A stretch of 64,000 bases of DNA from Tubiluchus corallicola (lineage: Eukaryota > Animalia > Priapulida), in contig JAQGDQ010000136.1 in NCBI GenBank assembly GCA_030141605.1, forward strand, positions 1 through 64,000, given 5' to 3'. The notes beneath the pieces were generated by a model. It made no database searches. It was given only the letters and a program-made list of their open reading frames with translations, and was not told where the DNA came from. This document shows, one piece after another, positions 51,433 through 64,000 of this stretch (the stretch's first letter is position 1; every line of letters begins with the position of its first letter). The translations under genes and the position numbers were made by a program.

Positions 51433-54400
51433 CATCGGCTTGGCTAATGCATTTAATAAAGATACAGCTTTTACTGCCGCTGTGCAACAAAACACAGAAT
51501 AAGTACGTATATTTGCAGAGAACAGAGAATCTTTGACCAAATAAAGTTATATGCATAACTGCTCATGAGTCTGTGTAAAATAATGTAAACTTTTTACAGC
51601 AAATCGCTCAGAGAAATATGTGTGAAATATTGTTAGCAATGAAATAAACACAGTTTGAAGTTTCTCAGCAGTGTGGTTCACTGTGACCTGATTAGCTTTT
51701 CCATTATTAAATATAAACTTTGTCCATTATGTACTACTAAATTACTAAGTCAATTGCGAAACAAATCCTTGTAATATTGTTTTCACTGTCGTGGTACTTG
51801 CAACAGTGTAAAAGTAAATCTTGTTACACAACTATGCAATTGCTTTAATAATTAATTATTATTTTGTGCTGTTTGACTGTTTACATAGTTTATGTGAATG
51901 AATTTCTACACAGCAGTTGCCCAATAAGTGTTTCATTTAATTTTTATCAACAAATTTTGTAATACGTTTGTGTCTATTGGCCACTCGATGTCACTAGTGA
52001 AATGTGACATGTTTACTGGAAGGTTTAGATTTTAATACAAATTTTAAGCAGATCTTTAAGCACTTTTAAATTATTAGAATAATAATTACAGATACAAATT
52101 ATACAGTGCACAAAATTTGTCAAGAAAGCATTTTAAAAATAATTTTATTGATTTTATTGTATTGGTTTTTAAAGTAAATTTTACCTATAGTTTAAATTAT
52201 TTTGTGTATGTTGTGTATTGTGAATAGGATACCATTGTTTATTTGCTACTAGATATATGTACAAACATGTGTGTCCTGGTTAATATAATTTAGCCATTCA
52301 CAAATATTGTGTGTGTATTTGGTTTGAGTGTTCTTCTGCTGTCTTTGTCACATTACTTGTTTTATATAATTATATTGCTTTATTTTCTGTGATGCTTTAT
52401 TATTTATATGATAAATAAAATCATTTATTAACACACCTAATGTTATTCTTTTTTCTTGAAGAACTAATTTCAATTTGCAAAAGGAGTTGTAAGAATAACT
52501 CCAAATTTTGGTAAGTTATTAAAATTAGTTCCAATTAAAATTCTAATGAGAAAGCTCTCATTCTTTTTAGCAGTTCTTTACTTCCCTTTGTTTCCAGGGG
52601 CAAGATGCTTATGATTATAACACCAGAGACAAAAATTTAATTCGACCTCCAGTTTTACATTCTGTTTTTGCTGGAGCGTTCATTGAAATGCGCAATTTAT
52701 AGCATTGTTAGTGACATACCACGTGTTATTGACAAGGCTATCAGGCTTATAAAAAATTCTAAGCTGCATTGTATTAACGTGTACACCAATGTATGCCAGC
52801 TTACAAACTGTTAGGTATGCGATTTGTACAAGACCTAGTGTAGTACATTGCTTCGCATTTATAAATTCTCTTAGCTATTAGGTACATCTTTATCCGGGTT
52901 GCATTGCTTACATCGATTATCCGTTGCCTTTCCATTACCATCCCAGCTTCCTTCCCTGTTTCGTATCAGACCATTTTGCTTTTCCTTTTTTTAAGAAGTG
53001 GCCTTGACGAAATGTGGCTGTACCGCCATGCCAAGGTCTCCACAGTCTAATTTCCTATCAGTTATTATTAGTTGTGTATTTTTTCACAGAGAAACGATGA
53101 TTGTTCACATTCAGTTATAATGATAAATAAAACTTGAAAAAACTTACAAGATATTAGTAGTCCATTACCATCACTTACTAAAATACTACTTGTAATTGCT
53201 TTATTTTAAAGATACTTTTAGTTAGATACTTTTAGTTTTCGATAAGGTAATTTCATTTCCTTGAAACTCTAGCTGGTTACTTTTACTGACTGTCGCTGTG
53301 GCTTCTTCAGTGATTTTAAGACTGATGCAGTACGGATACGTCGTGCTATTGTTACAAGAATTAGTACAGCGTACAAGGATAATCTAGCCACTAAAATTAA
53401 AGGTGAAAGGGCATTCTAGATGCTGGAAGCTCAGGGGTGCCGGCTTGCCGAGACAGCTGTTCGTGAGCGGTTTCACCTGTCCTACAATTCATTGTCAAAA
53501 TTTTAGTTTATCCTTGATCTGTTAGCGGTAGGCCGTAATGGCACTACATTCTGGTGTGCAAAACGACATAACAACACAACTGGAAAATCAAGAGATTTTT
53601 ACCTTACTGAATTAACATTACTTGCGTGATCTGACTGAGTAGCTACCAACTAGTTGATGTAAATTATAAATTAACAACTCACGTGACTATCGCCTAAACA
53701 ACACTGATTAATCACTGAACCACCCTCGGCGTAAACAATGTTGTCTGGCCATTCCTGTGCACTTCGTATTAATGATGTTTTAGCAGCACATGCTCAAAAC
53801 ATTAACCACCACACCTATTTTGTTTAATTCGAGCTATGATATTGCGAGCTGCATTTTTGTGATCATTTTTTTGGTAGAAAATACCTTCTTGTTAAAGCAT
53901 TTCATAATCAGCTGTTAGCTGCATTTCCAAACTATTCTCTTCACAAACCTAGTCAAGGAAAAAACCTGTTGATTTTTTTTTCATGTCCTACGCCATTTTG
54001 AAATACGCTGAAATGTATGCATTTTAATACCTATAATAATGCTAAAACGTCTCTGGTAATTGAATGATAAGTTAAAAACTTAATTAACGGCCGGCCAGTC
54101 CAGTTAGTGATGATGTTGTAACTGAACACACTTCTCAACTGCACAAACGTTCTATGAAGGTGTCGCACGTGCTTGCGAAGTACAGTACTACTGTAAAACA
54201 TTCGGTGTGATATACAAAACTCGACAAATTTTAAGTATAAAACTCAAATTTCAAGTTTACAGCTCTGCTGACGTATAAAAAGCACGCGAAAGTGTGCACT
54301 ACGTCACAACTGAACTGAGAGATACAGCACCTGTTCTTTTGCAACACGTTTCCGAGATGCACCCGACTAACTAGCGAATGGCGAAAAGTATGTAACAGCG

Positions 54401-57400
54401 AAGAAGTAACCACTCGAATGTGAAATTATTTTTCTCTGACAATAATTCTTTCGCGTAAGGCATGCTTGAAAAATAGCATGTTCCCTTTCAATGTCCCCTA
54501 CCATGGTAGATTGTTTTGAGCTATAATTTAAGATTGAACCCGGTTTCCCTTTAAATTTCAGACCATTCTCATTATCCCGTCTCATCAAGAAAACGTTGTG
54601 CTTGTAATGCAATTAATCACTGAAGCAACAGTAATGATCTTATGATGTAAATTAAACTGACTTTAAGCGCCAGGCTTCGATGAAAGTCGACTGGGCTGAT
54701 TATTATTTATTAAAATGCGTCACGTTCACAAGGTTTCTGTAATATAGTTGTGCCACTGATATATGTCTCTTTAATCATTCATCGCAAAAAGGCAAAAACC
54801 TCATCAGTTGTTCTAGTGCGGCTTCCCAAGAAGTATCTAAGGGAGAGCCATGGGCAGGCATGTGCCCCATTTTCTTTTGGCTGCATTCCACAAAGTGTCT
54901 AGCCAGTACTGAGGGCAAAACTCTCAATAACCTTTACAGAGCACCGAAAACGTTCTAAAATGTGGCAAACGCGTTTGGCGCAAGAGTGTGCTTTTTGTGA
55001 TCAATGTGGGGCCCACTAACAAGAGGCTTTTCATTGATCGACAGGCCATACGTTATCTAATAATGTAACTCCTATAGAAATCGATTCATGTTATGTCCTA
55101 ATTTGACTGATTCTCTAAATTTTCTCAATTGGAAATCCCAATATTTTATCCGTAACGTGTTTCCAGCTATTATAAGAGAAAAAATAAATCAGCCAGATAG
55201 AAGGTAAATCTTGGCTTGTCGTTTATTTGCCATACTGAAAATTTACACACCTTCTTTAACACTCAAGGCCATCAATGCTAACGCTTAATCGATTAGTGAC
55301 TGTTGTATAGTAGCCGCAAATATTTTCCGTAACTACCATAGAACTCGTTCAGTGAAGTTAGCTTCAGCTCAGCCTCAAAAGTTTTTTACTCTTATATGAA
55401 AAAATGCTTCCTTGTATACTGATTGTTTTAGAAATGTACATTTTCAATTCTACCCTGCTTGGCAATAATCACTTGACTGAAACGTAAAGTAGAGAACAAT
55501 CTTCTTTTCAGAATGCTGAATCCTCCCCTTTCACATTCTTTGCGCATCGGGTAAAAGGCCTGAAAAAATCTATGCTACAGCAACTTCAGAAAGAGCTTCA
55601 GATGCAACTTCACTTAACATCACCTAGCGGATTAATTACGCAGATTTAATTAGACTTGCCCATTCATGCCAGAAAGTTTGGCGAAGGTAACCTCTTTATA
55701 TTTCTCCTCACTTTAAACTACATTTCCAGAATTGATTTTACTGACTTTCAGTAACTCACGAAACTGGTTAACCATTCTCGGCAGTTTGAAGAATTAAAAC
55801 AGAAATTAAAAACAGAAACTTGTAAATGTAAATTTAGTTGTTTCTCTGGCTAAGACTCAAGCTGATATCTTGCTTATTGGACACTAAAACTTCGCTGCAT
55901 TTTCTGTGTTTGCTGCATATGGCAATTTTATGGCCTTGATTCAGATTTAAGTGACGTGGGATGTTCTGTCTGTAATGACAGGTTGGTCTTTTGAGACGAA
56001 TAAGCCTTTTCACAGTTTTGTTGTGCGCACGCGCAGTTGCTGTATGTCAATGGTTAAGTGCAACACGTCTTAACTACAATAGTCACGTGACATGTATGTA
56101 AAGCCGTCTGCCGCACCTGTTGAGTAATTTCAGTTGTTTTATGTGGACTTCACTTAATTATGGATTAGTCTGTGCGTATATAGAGTCATTAACTAGATGG
56201 ATCTGCTTGGGAACAAAAAAGATCTAGGTAAGGTTCTAGCTAGCTGTTCAAACTGTTACTACAGCAGCACTGGTTGTGAGGCGTTGTCAAAAACATTGTT
56301 CACACTTAACCTTTGACCTTTTCGCGATCATCATCAATCGCTACAACTGTGAAAATGTTTATTACATGCAATTAAAACAAGAAAACCAACATCAATACCC
56401 AAAGACAATAACTCAAGTATTTCAGTAATTCATTAGGCTTCATTTAGGTTACATAGCTGTTCAAAATAAAACTCTTCGTTAAATACTCCAGGGGCCTGTG
56501 CTATAAAATAAGGTTTTCGATTTCTTAAAGTTTATTGTTTTTGAAAGCGTTGTCACCGGTTTCTGGCTAGAGTATTATCAATCGTGATTATCATACGCTG
56601 TATGATTATAAGAAGATGGCAACTAGGCTATAATCATTAGTGAAAAATGGCGGCAAAATGTGTGTACACGAAACTAACTACAACCAAGGATAATTTTCTA
56701 CGACATTGATCCAAGAGAGATATCTTACCCAATTTCAAAAGTACATGCATTCTCCCTCATTGAAGGAAATAGCAGGGCGCAATACAACACACGAGACTAT
56801 TCAGAAACAATTTTTTCCGTTAGTCAACCCTCCAGTTGCTATTCGCATCCTAGACAATACACGGTAACGCTCAGCTGTTTCACTCGCTACTGATGGGGCT
56901 GTCGAAGCATCAATAGTAAAATTTTAGTTTTTGTTCCTACGCTTTCTTGTCCCACACTTCCGCTGACAGAGGCGTCAATCTTCCTACTAAATATTTGCTA
57001 CATGTATTTACATAGTTCAGGGTAAACATTAACGAAAATGTTAAGACTTAAGATCTCATTTTCCTTTTTGCGTAAATCACCCAAAAAAATTTACAACTAA
57101 AATCTTACGGAAGCGTCTAATCTATCTAGGTATAGACTTGTGAAAGTTTTTGTTAAGAAAATCGCATTTTTATGAAACATCGCAAACGTGTCTAACGATG
57201 GAGATGTGTGTTTTCTCCAAGAACATTACAGCTGCGCGTGGACGGCAGTTGTTTCTAGGATGCTGATCCTTAATCGTGAAATCTCAAGGCGATGGTTACC
57301 GGTCAGTACAATGCACTCAGCAAGATGAAGAATATTGGCTTGTTAGCTGTTTCAACTTTCATCTTAATAGATTCCGTTGTTCTAAACAGATATCGCTTTT

Positions 57401-57937
57401 AAATTATTTGGAAGCCATGATTCTGCTTTGTGAAACACCAGTTAAATGATGTGCTACTCATTAAATGAGCTACTTTTAAAATAATCCTGCATATAATTAA
57501 AAAGAAGAACAAAACGAAGCTTCATGTACACTTAGACATTTAAGGTGTTTGTAAAGATACTAACATATTTTATTTTCACGCTCATCTATTACTGCAGGTT
57601 AATCTATCCCGTTAAAAAGCCAAGTTATCAGACAATTTTTGAACTTCCCATCCTCAAGCTACTACCGTTATTATTACAGCGATAATTATTAACTTCTTTG
57701 GTCATATTTTAATATAAAAAGCGCTTTTTGGCTTTCAAATATACGTATTGCGAAACGCCATCTAGCATTGTATTTCTAATGTCATTAAACTTGGTTTAGT
57801 TGATTGATCTTCAGCTCACTTTCCACGTTTTCTGACTTTTTATGTTTAGACACCAAAATGGCTGAAAGTCTTTTAACCGTCACCCAATTGTTTACTGTCT
57901 AAAACCGGGCATTCCACTGTTCTTACAACCCTGCTTT

Positions 57938-58482
57938 TCACAAACTGCTGTATGAGTTTTGGTTATGAAGAAGTCTCACTAGTTCTCTTAAATAATTGTC
58001 TCTGTTCTCATCTCGTTTCCCAAGGAATTCGAAATTCCGTTTTCCCAAAAATTCGAAATTTCTTTTGTCGGGACGTAATGGCAATGCCATCTGTTGCAAC
58101 CTCCCTTCTACGAATTGCCTCCAGTTTTCTGGATAGTGCGGTGAATTTCGCTTTCCCAGAAATTCAAAGGTCCTCTTATAAAGCTGTGGCTGCCCTCTTT
58201 TGCCGGGGAATTCAAAGTTTCGCTTTCCCAGAAATTCAAAATTTCGTTTTCCCAGGAATTCGAAACTCCTTTTGCTTGGAACTCGCTTCCCTAAAAATTC
58301 GAAGTTCCGCTTTTCTGATGGCAATGGTCGCCACCAGGGGGCCTGGGATCTGTCTGATTTTTCCAATACTCCAGCAAATCTTCCTGCATCACCTGGTTCA
58401 GGATCACTGGATCGTCTTTTGCCAAGAAATTCAAAATTTTTCTTGTCAATTGATGAATATTCAGGTTCTTCTTGCCAATTAA
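57938..58482 (-). CDS. Neuropeptide precursor, terminal coding exon with 8 xFEF[L/P]amide copies (EFLamide/TRH-type candidate); upstream signal-peptide exon not identified
   Basis: Acceptor TTTTCCTTTGATTTACAG| at 58482 (phase 1), open to TGA at 57938: NWQEEPEYSSIDKK-NFEFLG-KRR..EKR-NFEFLG-KR-VPS-KR-SFEFLG-KR-NFEFLG-KR-NFEFPG-KR-GQPQLY-KR-TFEFLG-KR..DKR-NFEFLG-KR-NFEFLG-KR. Synonymous codons vary between copies while the peptide is conserved. Confidence 0.9.
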
Positions 58483-59271
58483 CTGTAAATCAAAGGAAAA
58501 CGAAATTAGTTAAATTTAATAAACAATCTAAACTGATAATTCTTTCCGACTTCTCGGTATGTTTGTATTTTAGACGCTGCCCCACCCATTCAAAATATAT
58601 AAAGTTCAGCAACACGAAAAACCTCATTTTTTTAGTTTAGCCATTTTCTTAGGTTACAGGTATGATAAAATTATTATATAGATAGTAATCACTTTAAATT
58701 ATCATCACATACCTATTGTTAGTTCAAGAAACATAGTAGCACGTACAACGGCACAAATTTATGAAGCTCCCAAACACTTTACTATAATTTCATCGTTGTT
58801 TCAAAATAAAACTCAACTTGCTTGAATTTTGATAAATAGTCAGACAGCTCTTGAAAGCAAACGCGTGTTGTAGCGCGTACAATTTATGACATAATTATGA
58901 CTTTATTTTTCACGTAGAAACATTCACTACAGAATTCAGGTACTAAAATCACTAAATGTTTAGTGAATAATTAAAAACCGAAATAAAATTCAACCTTTAA
59001 AAAGGATTGAAAAGCGGCTCATGCGCCGACCATAAACGACTCAGAAACTCGGAAACTCTTCTCGCTCTCTCTACCGGAGAACATCAGTACAATACGCGTT
59101 AATACAAAAGCGTGACGCTAGACAAGCTGCATAAGGTCATTTAAACTCATTAAAGTAATTAATAAACAATCATTTAAAATAATCATTCAAAGTAAAATGC
59201 TTTTATGAACCTTTTATTAAAGTACAGTATTTTTGAATACTTGACTAACTACGAGCTATTATTAGCAATGT

Positions 59272-59390
59272 AATTATCATCATCATCATCATCACCATCA
59301 TCATAACCACCATCATCATCATCGTCGTCGCCGTCGTAGTCTTATCATCATCCTCATTGTCACCATCGTCATCACTGTCATTATCATCGT
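59272..59390. repeat. Degenerate (CAT)n low-complexity tract
   Basis: Direct reading. Confidence 0.85.
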
Positions 59391-60386
59391 CTGCTTTTTC
59401 TGTTTCTTCTTAATCTTTTACATGTATATAAACGTGAGATACTCGACTCACGTGTTACCGTTTTTAGTTACTTCAAAATAAAATCATGTACAAGAACTTT
59501 TTGGTATTTTTTACTTTAAAGCACTCCGAACTAAACCAAATTCTATGCCAAGGCTTTTAAAAAATTACTTAGACTCTTAGATACAGCTGCAGTAAACAAG
59601 GGGCTATGAACTGTATTACCTCAAATTCCACTGTAGCAATTGTGATTGATGGTGAATCATGGCAAAGTGACAGTGGCCTTTGGATCTGATTTCGAAATAG
59701 AATCTTATTGCATTTTGTATAACCTCTGCATTTGATAGTTTATCGAGAACGCTAGTGACCGCTAATCAAACAAATGATGACCGCAACGAGTTAATTAAAT
59801 GAACTGTGCCCAGCGCTACTATATTATTAAACTAATTTACTAACATGCTGGCAACAAGTAGCGGTTATAGTAAGCATTGCAACGACTAACGTTCATTAAA
59901 TTTTGAATCCGGTAAATTTTCAAACCGTCTAGGCGGTTAATTACGCTTCGCTTCAACAACCTGCGATTATGAGCAACAGCTGATTTGTTGTGTTTGTAAC
60001 TCGATAATGATGAATCAAGAACGCCTTTTTGCAGTAAATGACGCAGACGACAAGGCAGGCAGACGTCAATTATCATTACATCTACAGCAAAAGTCAAATT
60101 AAAAACTCTAACAAAATACAACGTTATGTATTCTCTCTAATTTAAAAGATCGCCCAGTTTCATGAATTTATAAACGCTACTGAGAAACCATTGTCACAGC
60201 TTTGTTAACGATGAGAGAGCTTTGCTGACAGCAAAATGTTTAAGCTAATATCAGTTTTGTATGCAACTGACAACTCACAATGAGAAAAGAGTTTGCAACA
60301 AGTTATTCCAGTCATTTAGTCTTCCTTGATTATGGCGCTAAAGTCAAGAATAAACGATCCTTGGTAGAAACGGCACAGGAAAAAAA

Positions 60387-60747
60387 ATGAAAATTATAAC
60401 CTTGACCTCATGAACATTTTTTTAATTCTGAATGTAGGCAAAAATGACACAGGTAACAATGGTTCAGTAAAATAGCACAGGAAATAATGCCACAAGTGGA
60501 AAAGTAGGTAAAATTGGCACGGTGAAAATAGCACAGGAAAAATGGCACAGAAAAAATGGCAGGTGAAAAAGAATTTTTTCTCAAGTGCTTTTTTCCTGTA
60601 CCATTTTTACTGTGACATTTTTTCCTGTGCCATTTTCCTCCAGTGCCATTTTTTCCTTCTTTTCCACTTGTGTCATTTTTACCTGTGATATTTTTGCCTA
60701 CATTCAGAATAAACAAATGTTCATGAGGTCAAGGTTATATTTTTCAT
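60387..60747. mobile_element. Foldback/MITE-like palindromic element with internal AAAAATGGCACAGG subrepeats
   Basis: Left end ATGAAAATTATAACCTTGACCTCATGAACATTT..ATTCTGAATGTAGGCAAAAAT is the reverse complement of right end ATTTTTGCCTACATTCAGAAT..AAATGTTCATGAGGTCAAGGTTATATTTTTCAT. The subrepeats switch orientation at about 60575. Confidence 0.85.
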
Positions 60748-63700
60748 AATTAATGAATGTGACTTTGCAACTTCTTTCTCGTTGGTTCATTGTTAATGTT
60801 TCTGATCATATATTTTAATCCAGTCACCTATGTACCCATTTGGTTTAGATTCTTTAGATCCAATAAATCGTACAAATGGGCTAGTTAAAATAAATTAAAT
60901 CTAAACAGAGGTGAATGCCAAAAACAAGCATATCGTGTGCCAATGAGAATAAAACCGAGTCGAGGTAAGTCTCAAAAAGTAAAATTTGATGATAGTCGAT
61001 TTTCCTGTCGGCCAATAAACCTTTTGTTTAATTATTTGTTGAGTGTTATTCAGCGATTGCAGTGATTTCAAATGAGTCAAAGGTTTTCTCATACCCAAAT
61101 TTTGCATGGCGACAAACCAATAACCACGAACATTTCGTGCAGTGTGTTTAAAAGCTGCTTATCAGTTTTAAATGTACAGGTGTCCACAAAAGATTTGGGA
61201 CAAACGATTTAATGACGTCGGATTTTAACACAAATGTTGCTCAACATCTGTTTTCATTTTTCTATGGCAACAAAACTATGTTATAAGATTCATTTTTTCG
61301 ACCGGATGTTCCTCATTTTCACCTTCTCAAACTTTTATACATATCTGCTAACAGCATGTTAATGAGTACCAAATTTATACGACTAGTATGTGCAATTCAC
61401 CCTATTTTTACTCACTACAAATTGTTATACACATTTTTAAAAATCCTCTGAAATGTGACTAGTATAACTGCTGAGTCACAGTTTCATAGATTCTGAGGGA
61501 ACATGAACCTTTTTTACCTTCGTCATTATGACGCAAGCAAGTAAAATCACAGTGTGAACACATCATTACAAACATCACGACTTGGGAATTTAGCGGTTGT
61601 AATGAAACTCCGTCAGCGAAATATTGCTGTTATTACGATTTTAATGATCACCACCCACAGAACAATGTCAAAATCAATGAGTTTCAGCTCACCCACTGTC
61701 ACAAAACATAAATGCGAGATGCAAAAAATGAAACGTAAAAGGCTAAGATAAAAAATAAAATTTATTAAAGAAAAACCAAAAACATACAGTAAAAACACTT
61801 CGTAACAACTATAGTAAGAAAGACAATACGCAAAAAATGTCTAAAATTTAACACGCGAACATCAAAATTTCAAAGGTATAAAATTGCAAGCGACGAAGAC
61901 CTGTAAACTTTTCTTCAGTTTTGAATGAAGCGTTTAGTGCCTGTTTTAACTTCTGGAAAAGACAGCCAATGTTAGATAAATAAATTTACATTTAAAAACA
62001 AACCAAACAAACTATTTTTTTAAATCATTTACCGCTGAAGTATGGTAAATCTTGGCTGAAGAAATTTCGATAGCAAATCTACTTTTTTGGAAAAAAAACT
62101 TTTATGCACTTTGAGATTAAATTTTCATGCATTGGGTTAATAAACGTCAAGGAAATGTTTAAACAGAAGGAGGGGGGTGGATTCCTTCTTCAAAATGAGA
62201 AGCGTAGATTGCTACTGTATAACATGATGATGGTAATTATTAGGATAATTTTTGTGTCAATACTAGCGCCAGTACAGATGACAGCAGCTGCTGTGACACA
62301 GAAAGAAAATTTGCCTAATTAACCGTCTTCTGTGGTTGTTGCTCACATTTTCATCTCATTTGATAATTCACCGCAAGCGGTAGGTGCCGTGTGCCATAAT
62401 TTAGAGAAAGAAAAAAGTTAATTAGGAGGAAGAACGGACAAACCATAGGCATTGTAGCTGTATGATACTGTCTCTGATAATGAAACGTGTTGCCTTTATT
62501 TCAGTTGAGTTCTGTGTTTGATAAAACAGCCTTTAACCATCCATGAAAATAACAGCTATTTTGTACCTAATTACGAGCACCTATATAAATCACCCTGATA
62601 ATAACAAAATAAAATTAAATACTGTTACAGGAGTGAAATGCCATTTATTTTCAAACCCTCCTCTACATTGTGATGGCCTCGTCCGTACGAAACCATTGCA
62701 TAATGTCGTTGAATACCAGGTACAAAACCATTGCTATGGAATGGCCTCGTCGATTCAGTAGGTGAACGGGCCTGTTCCGTAATCGCAACTAGCATGTGCA
62801 AAACGTCAGTGAAGTCTGTCAGTTTATTATTATGAATTTCCTGCTCAATTCGCATTTTACGTCGTCACTAGTGGTTGTGTGGTACAAGAATTCAACAGTC
62901 CAGTATTGAACCCTGGACCTCTTGGCCGCCATCGTTACAAAACATTACTTGCTGTTCCTTTTTCCCTAGTTTCGTGTTTTTTGCCATACTTTTGTTGCTT
63001 TGCTTTGCCATACCAATCCTTGTTCTATTCCGCTCCTCACTCTTCTTCTGACTTCTCCTCCTCACCTATTCTTCTTGTTTTCCTTTCCTTTCTCGCCTTG
63101 CATTGTTTTCTTTTTTCTCCACAGTTCTCTTTCCATTTCCATCTTTCGGTCGTTTTTTTGCAAAACTTAGACCGGGGATGGGCGGTGGAGAACGGGAATG
63201 GGCCTGGGGGCGGTGCGGGCCATGGATAGATAGCCCGTTCAACGGTGGGTGTAGTAGGCGTATTTAGAATTCGTGGGAGGGTCACGGCACCCCACAACGG
63301 GCGTTTTCCTGGACCCAACTCCCAATTTTTTCGAAATTTTGACCAAACAGCATGCGGAAAAACATTCTAGCTGCGCCTGGTGGGACTCTTGGAAGGAGAT
63401 ACATGGCTCTTTAGAAACAGGAAGAATAGGGCTACACGATGATGTGGGCCATATTTTAAGACACGTCTACCAAGAGGAGTGGCGACGAGTTAATTAGATG
63501 GTCCATTTTTAGCAATTTTCGCTTGGAAAACTGCTGACGCAAAGCCATTGTCCTGACATCATCCATTACACTCTGCCTATAACTTTAATTCAGTAAAAGC
63601 TGCTGCTGCTGCTGGCTTTGCGTTATAAATGAGGACTGTGTAGGATGTTCGCGTATTATTGATTATAAGTGTATTTATACGCAAATTTTTTTGCAGGGCT

Positions 63701-64000
63701 TTTGCTAGTAAGTGTATTAATTTTTGCGGGACCTTTGCTAGTCTATTAATATATGTGATATTGTGGTGAATAAATTTATAAATCGATGATTTTCGATATT
63801 TTGGTATGAAATCGCATGCCTCCCTGATTTCATGAATAGAGTTACAAATGGTGCAATGGAACTCATTCAGCTGGTAAGCTCGAATTTAATGAGCTGTGAA
63901 AGCGTAGGATGCAAGAAGTAAAATTTATCGTTTACGTAAGGACACTCTAGGATGCTCAGGATAATTAGCTAATATTAGGTTGAGACGGATGTACCGTTTA

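Noticed and set aside
57952-58640. Plus-strand ORFs of 176 and 146 aa with repeated RFPRNSK
   Set aside because: These are antisense shadows of the repetitive neuropeptide exon.
58712-58795. Stop-codon reassignment (TAA/TAG read-through) to rescue a signal peptide
   Set aside because: The long genes in the window contain no in-frame TAA or TAG, and one predicted gene ends in TAA, so the standard code fits.
61613-61798. Hydrophobic minus-strand ORF with a phase-1 GTGAGC donor as the neuropeptide signal exon
   Set aside because: There is no in-frame ATG before the upstream stop, and the hydrophobicity is explained by T-rich sequence.

Overview
AT-rich, intron-containing animal (bilaterian invertebrate) genomic DNA, not prokaryotic. 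No CRISPR array, rRNA or operon is present. Genes supported: (1) a single-coding-exon type I LRR receptor with no TIR domain (2536-5373 +), caught in a recent complex rearrangement. A 1.72-kb inverted copy (1487-3210 vs 5932-7655) and a direct copy of at least 1.49 kb (1-1491 vs 8347-9837) create a second, truncated LRR ORF facing the intact one. (2) A two-coding-exon Q/P/S/Y-rich secreted protein I cannot assign to a family (30654-34767 +). (3) A 10-exon ANKRD29 orthologue (36922-51432 +). (4) The main exon of a neuropeptide precursor with eight [N/S/T]FEF[L/P]-G-KR copies, EFLamide/TRH-like (57938-58482 -); its signal-peptide exon was not found. The rest is intergenic or intronic DNA with decayed transposons: a Harbinger fragment, a back-to-back pair of Academ-like 3' ends, CR1/L2-group and RTE LINE remnants, a tRNA-derived SINE and a foldback MITE. 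There is also a 51-bp minisatellite and several microsatellites. All alignments and translations were done by eye; family names come from recalled motifs, not database searches.
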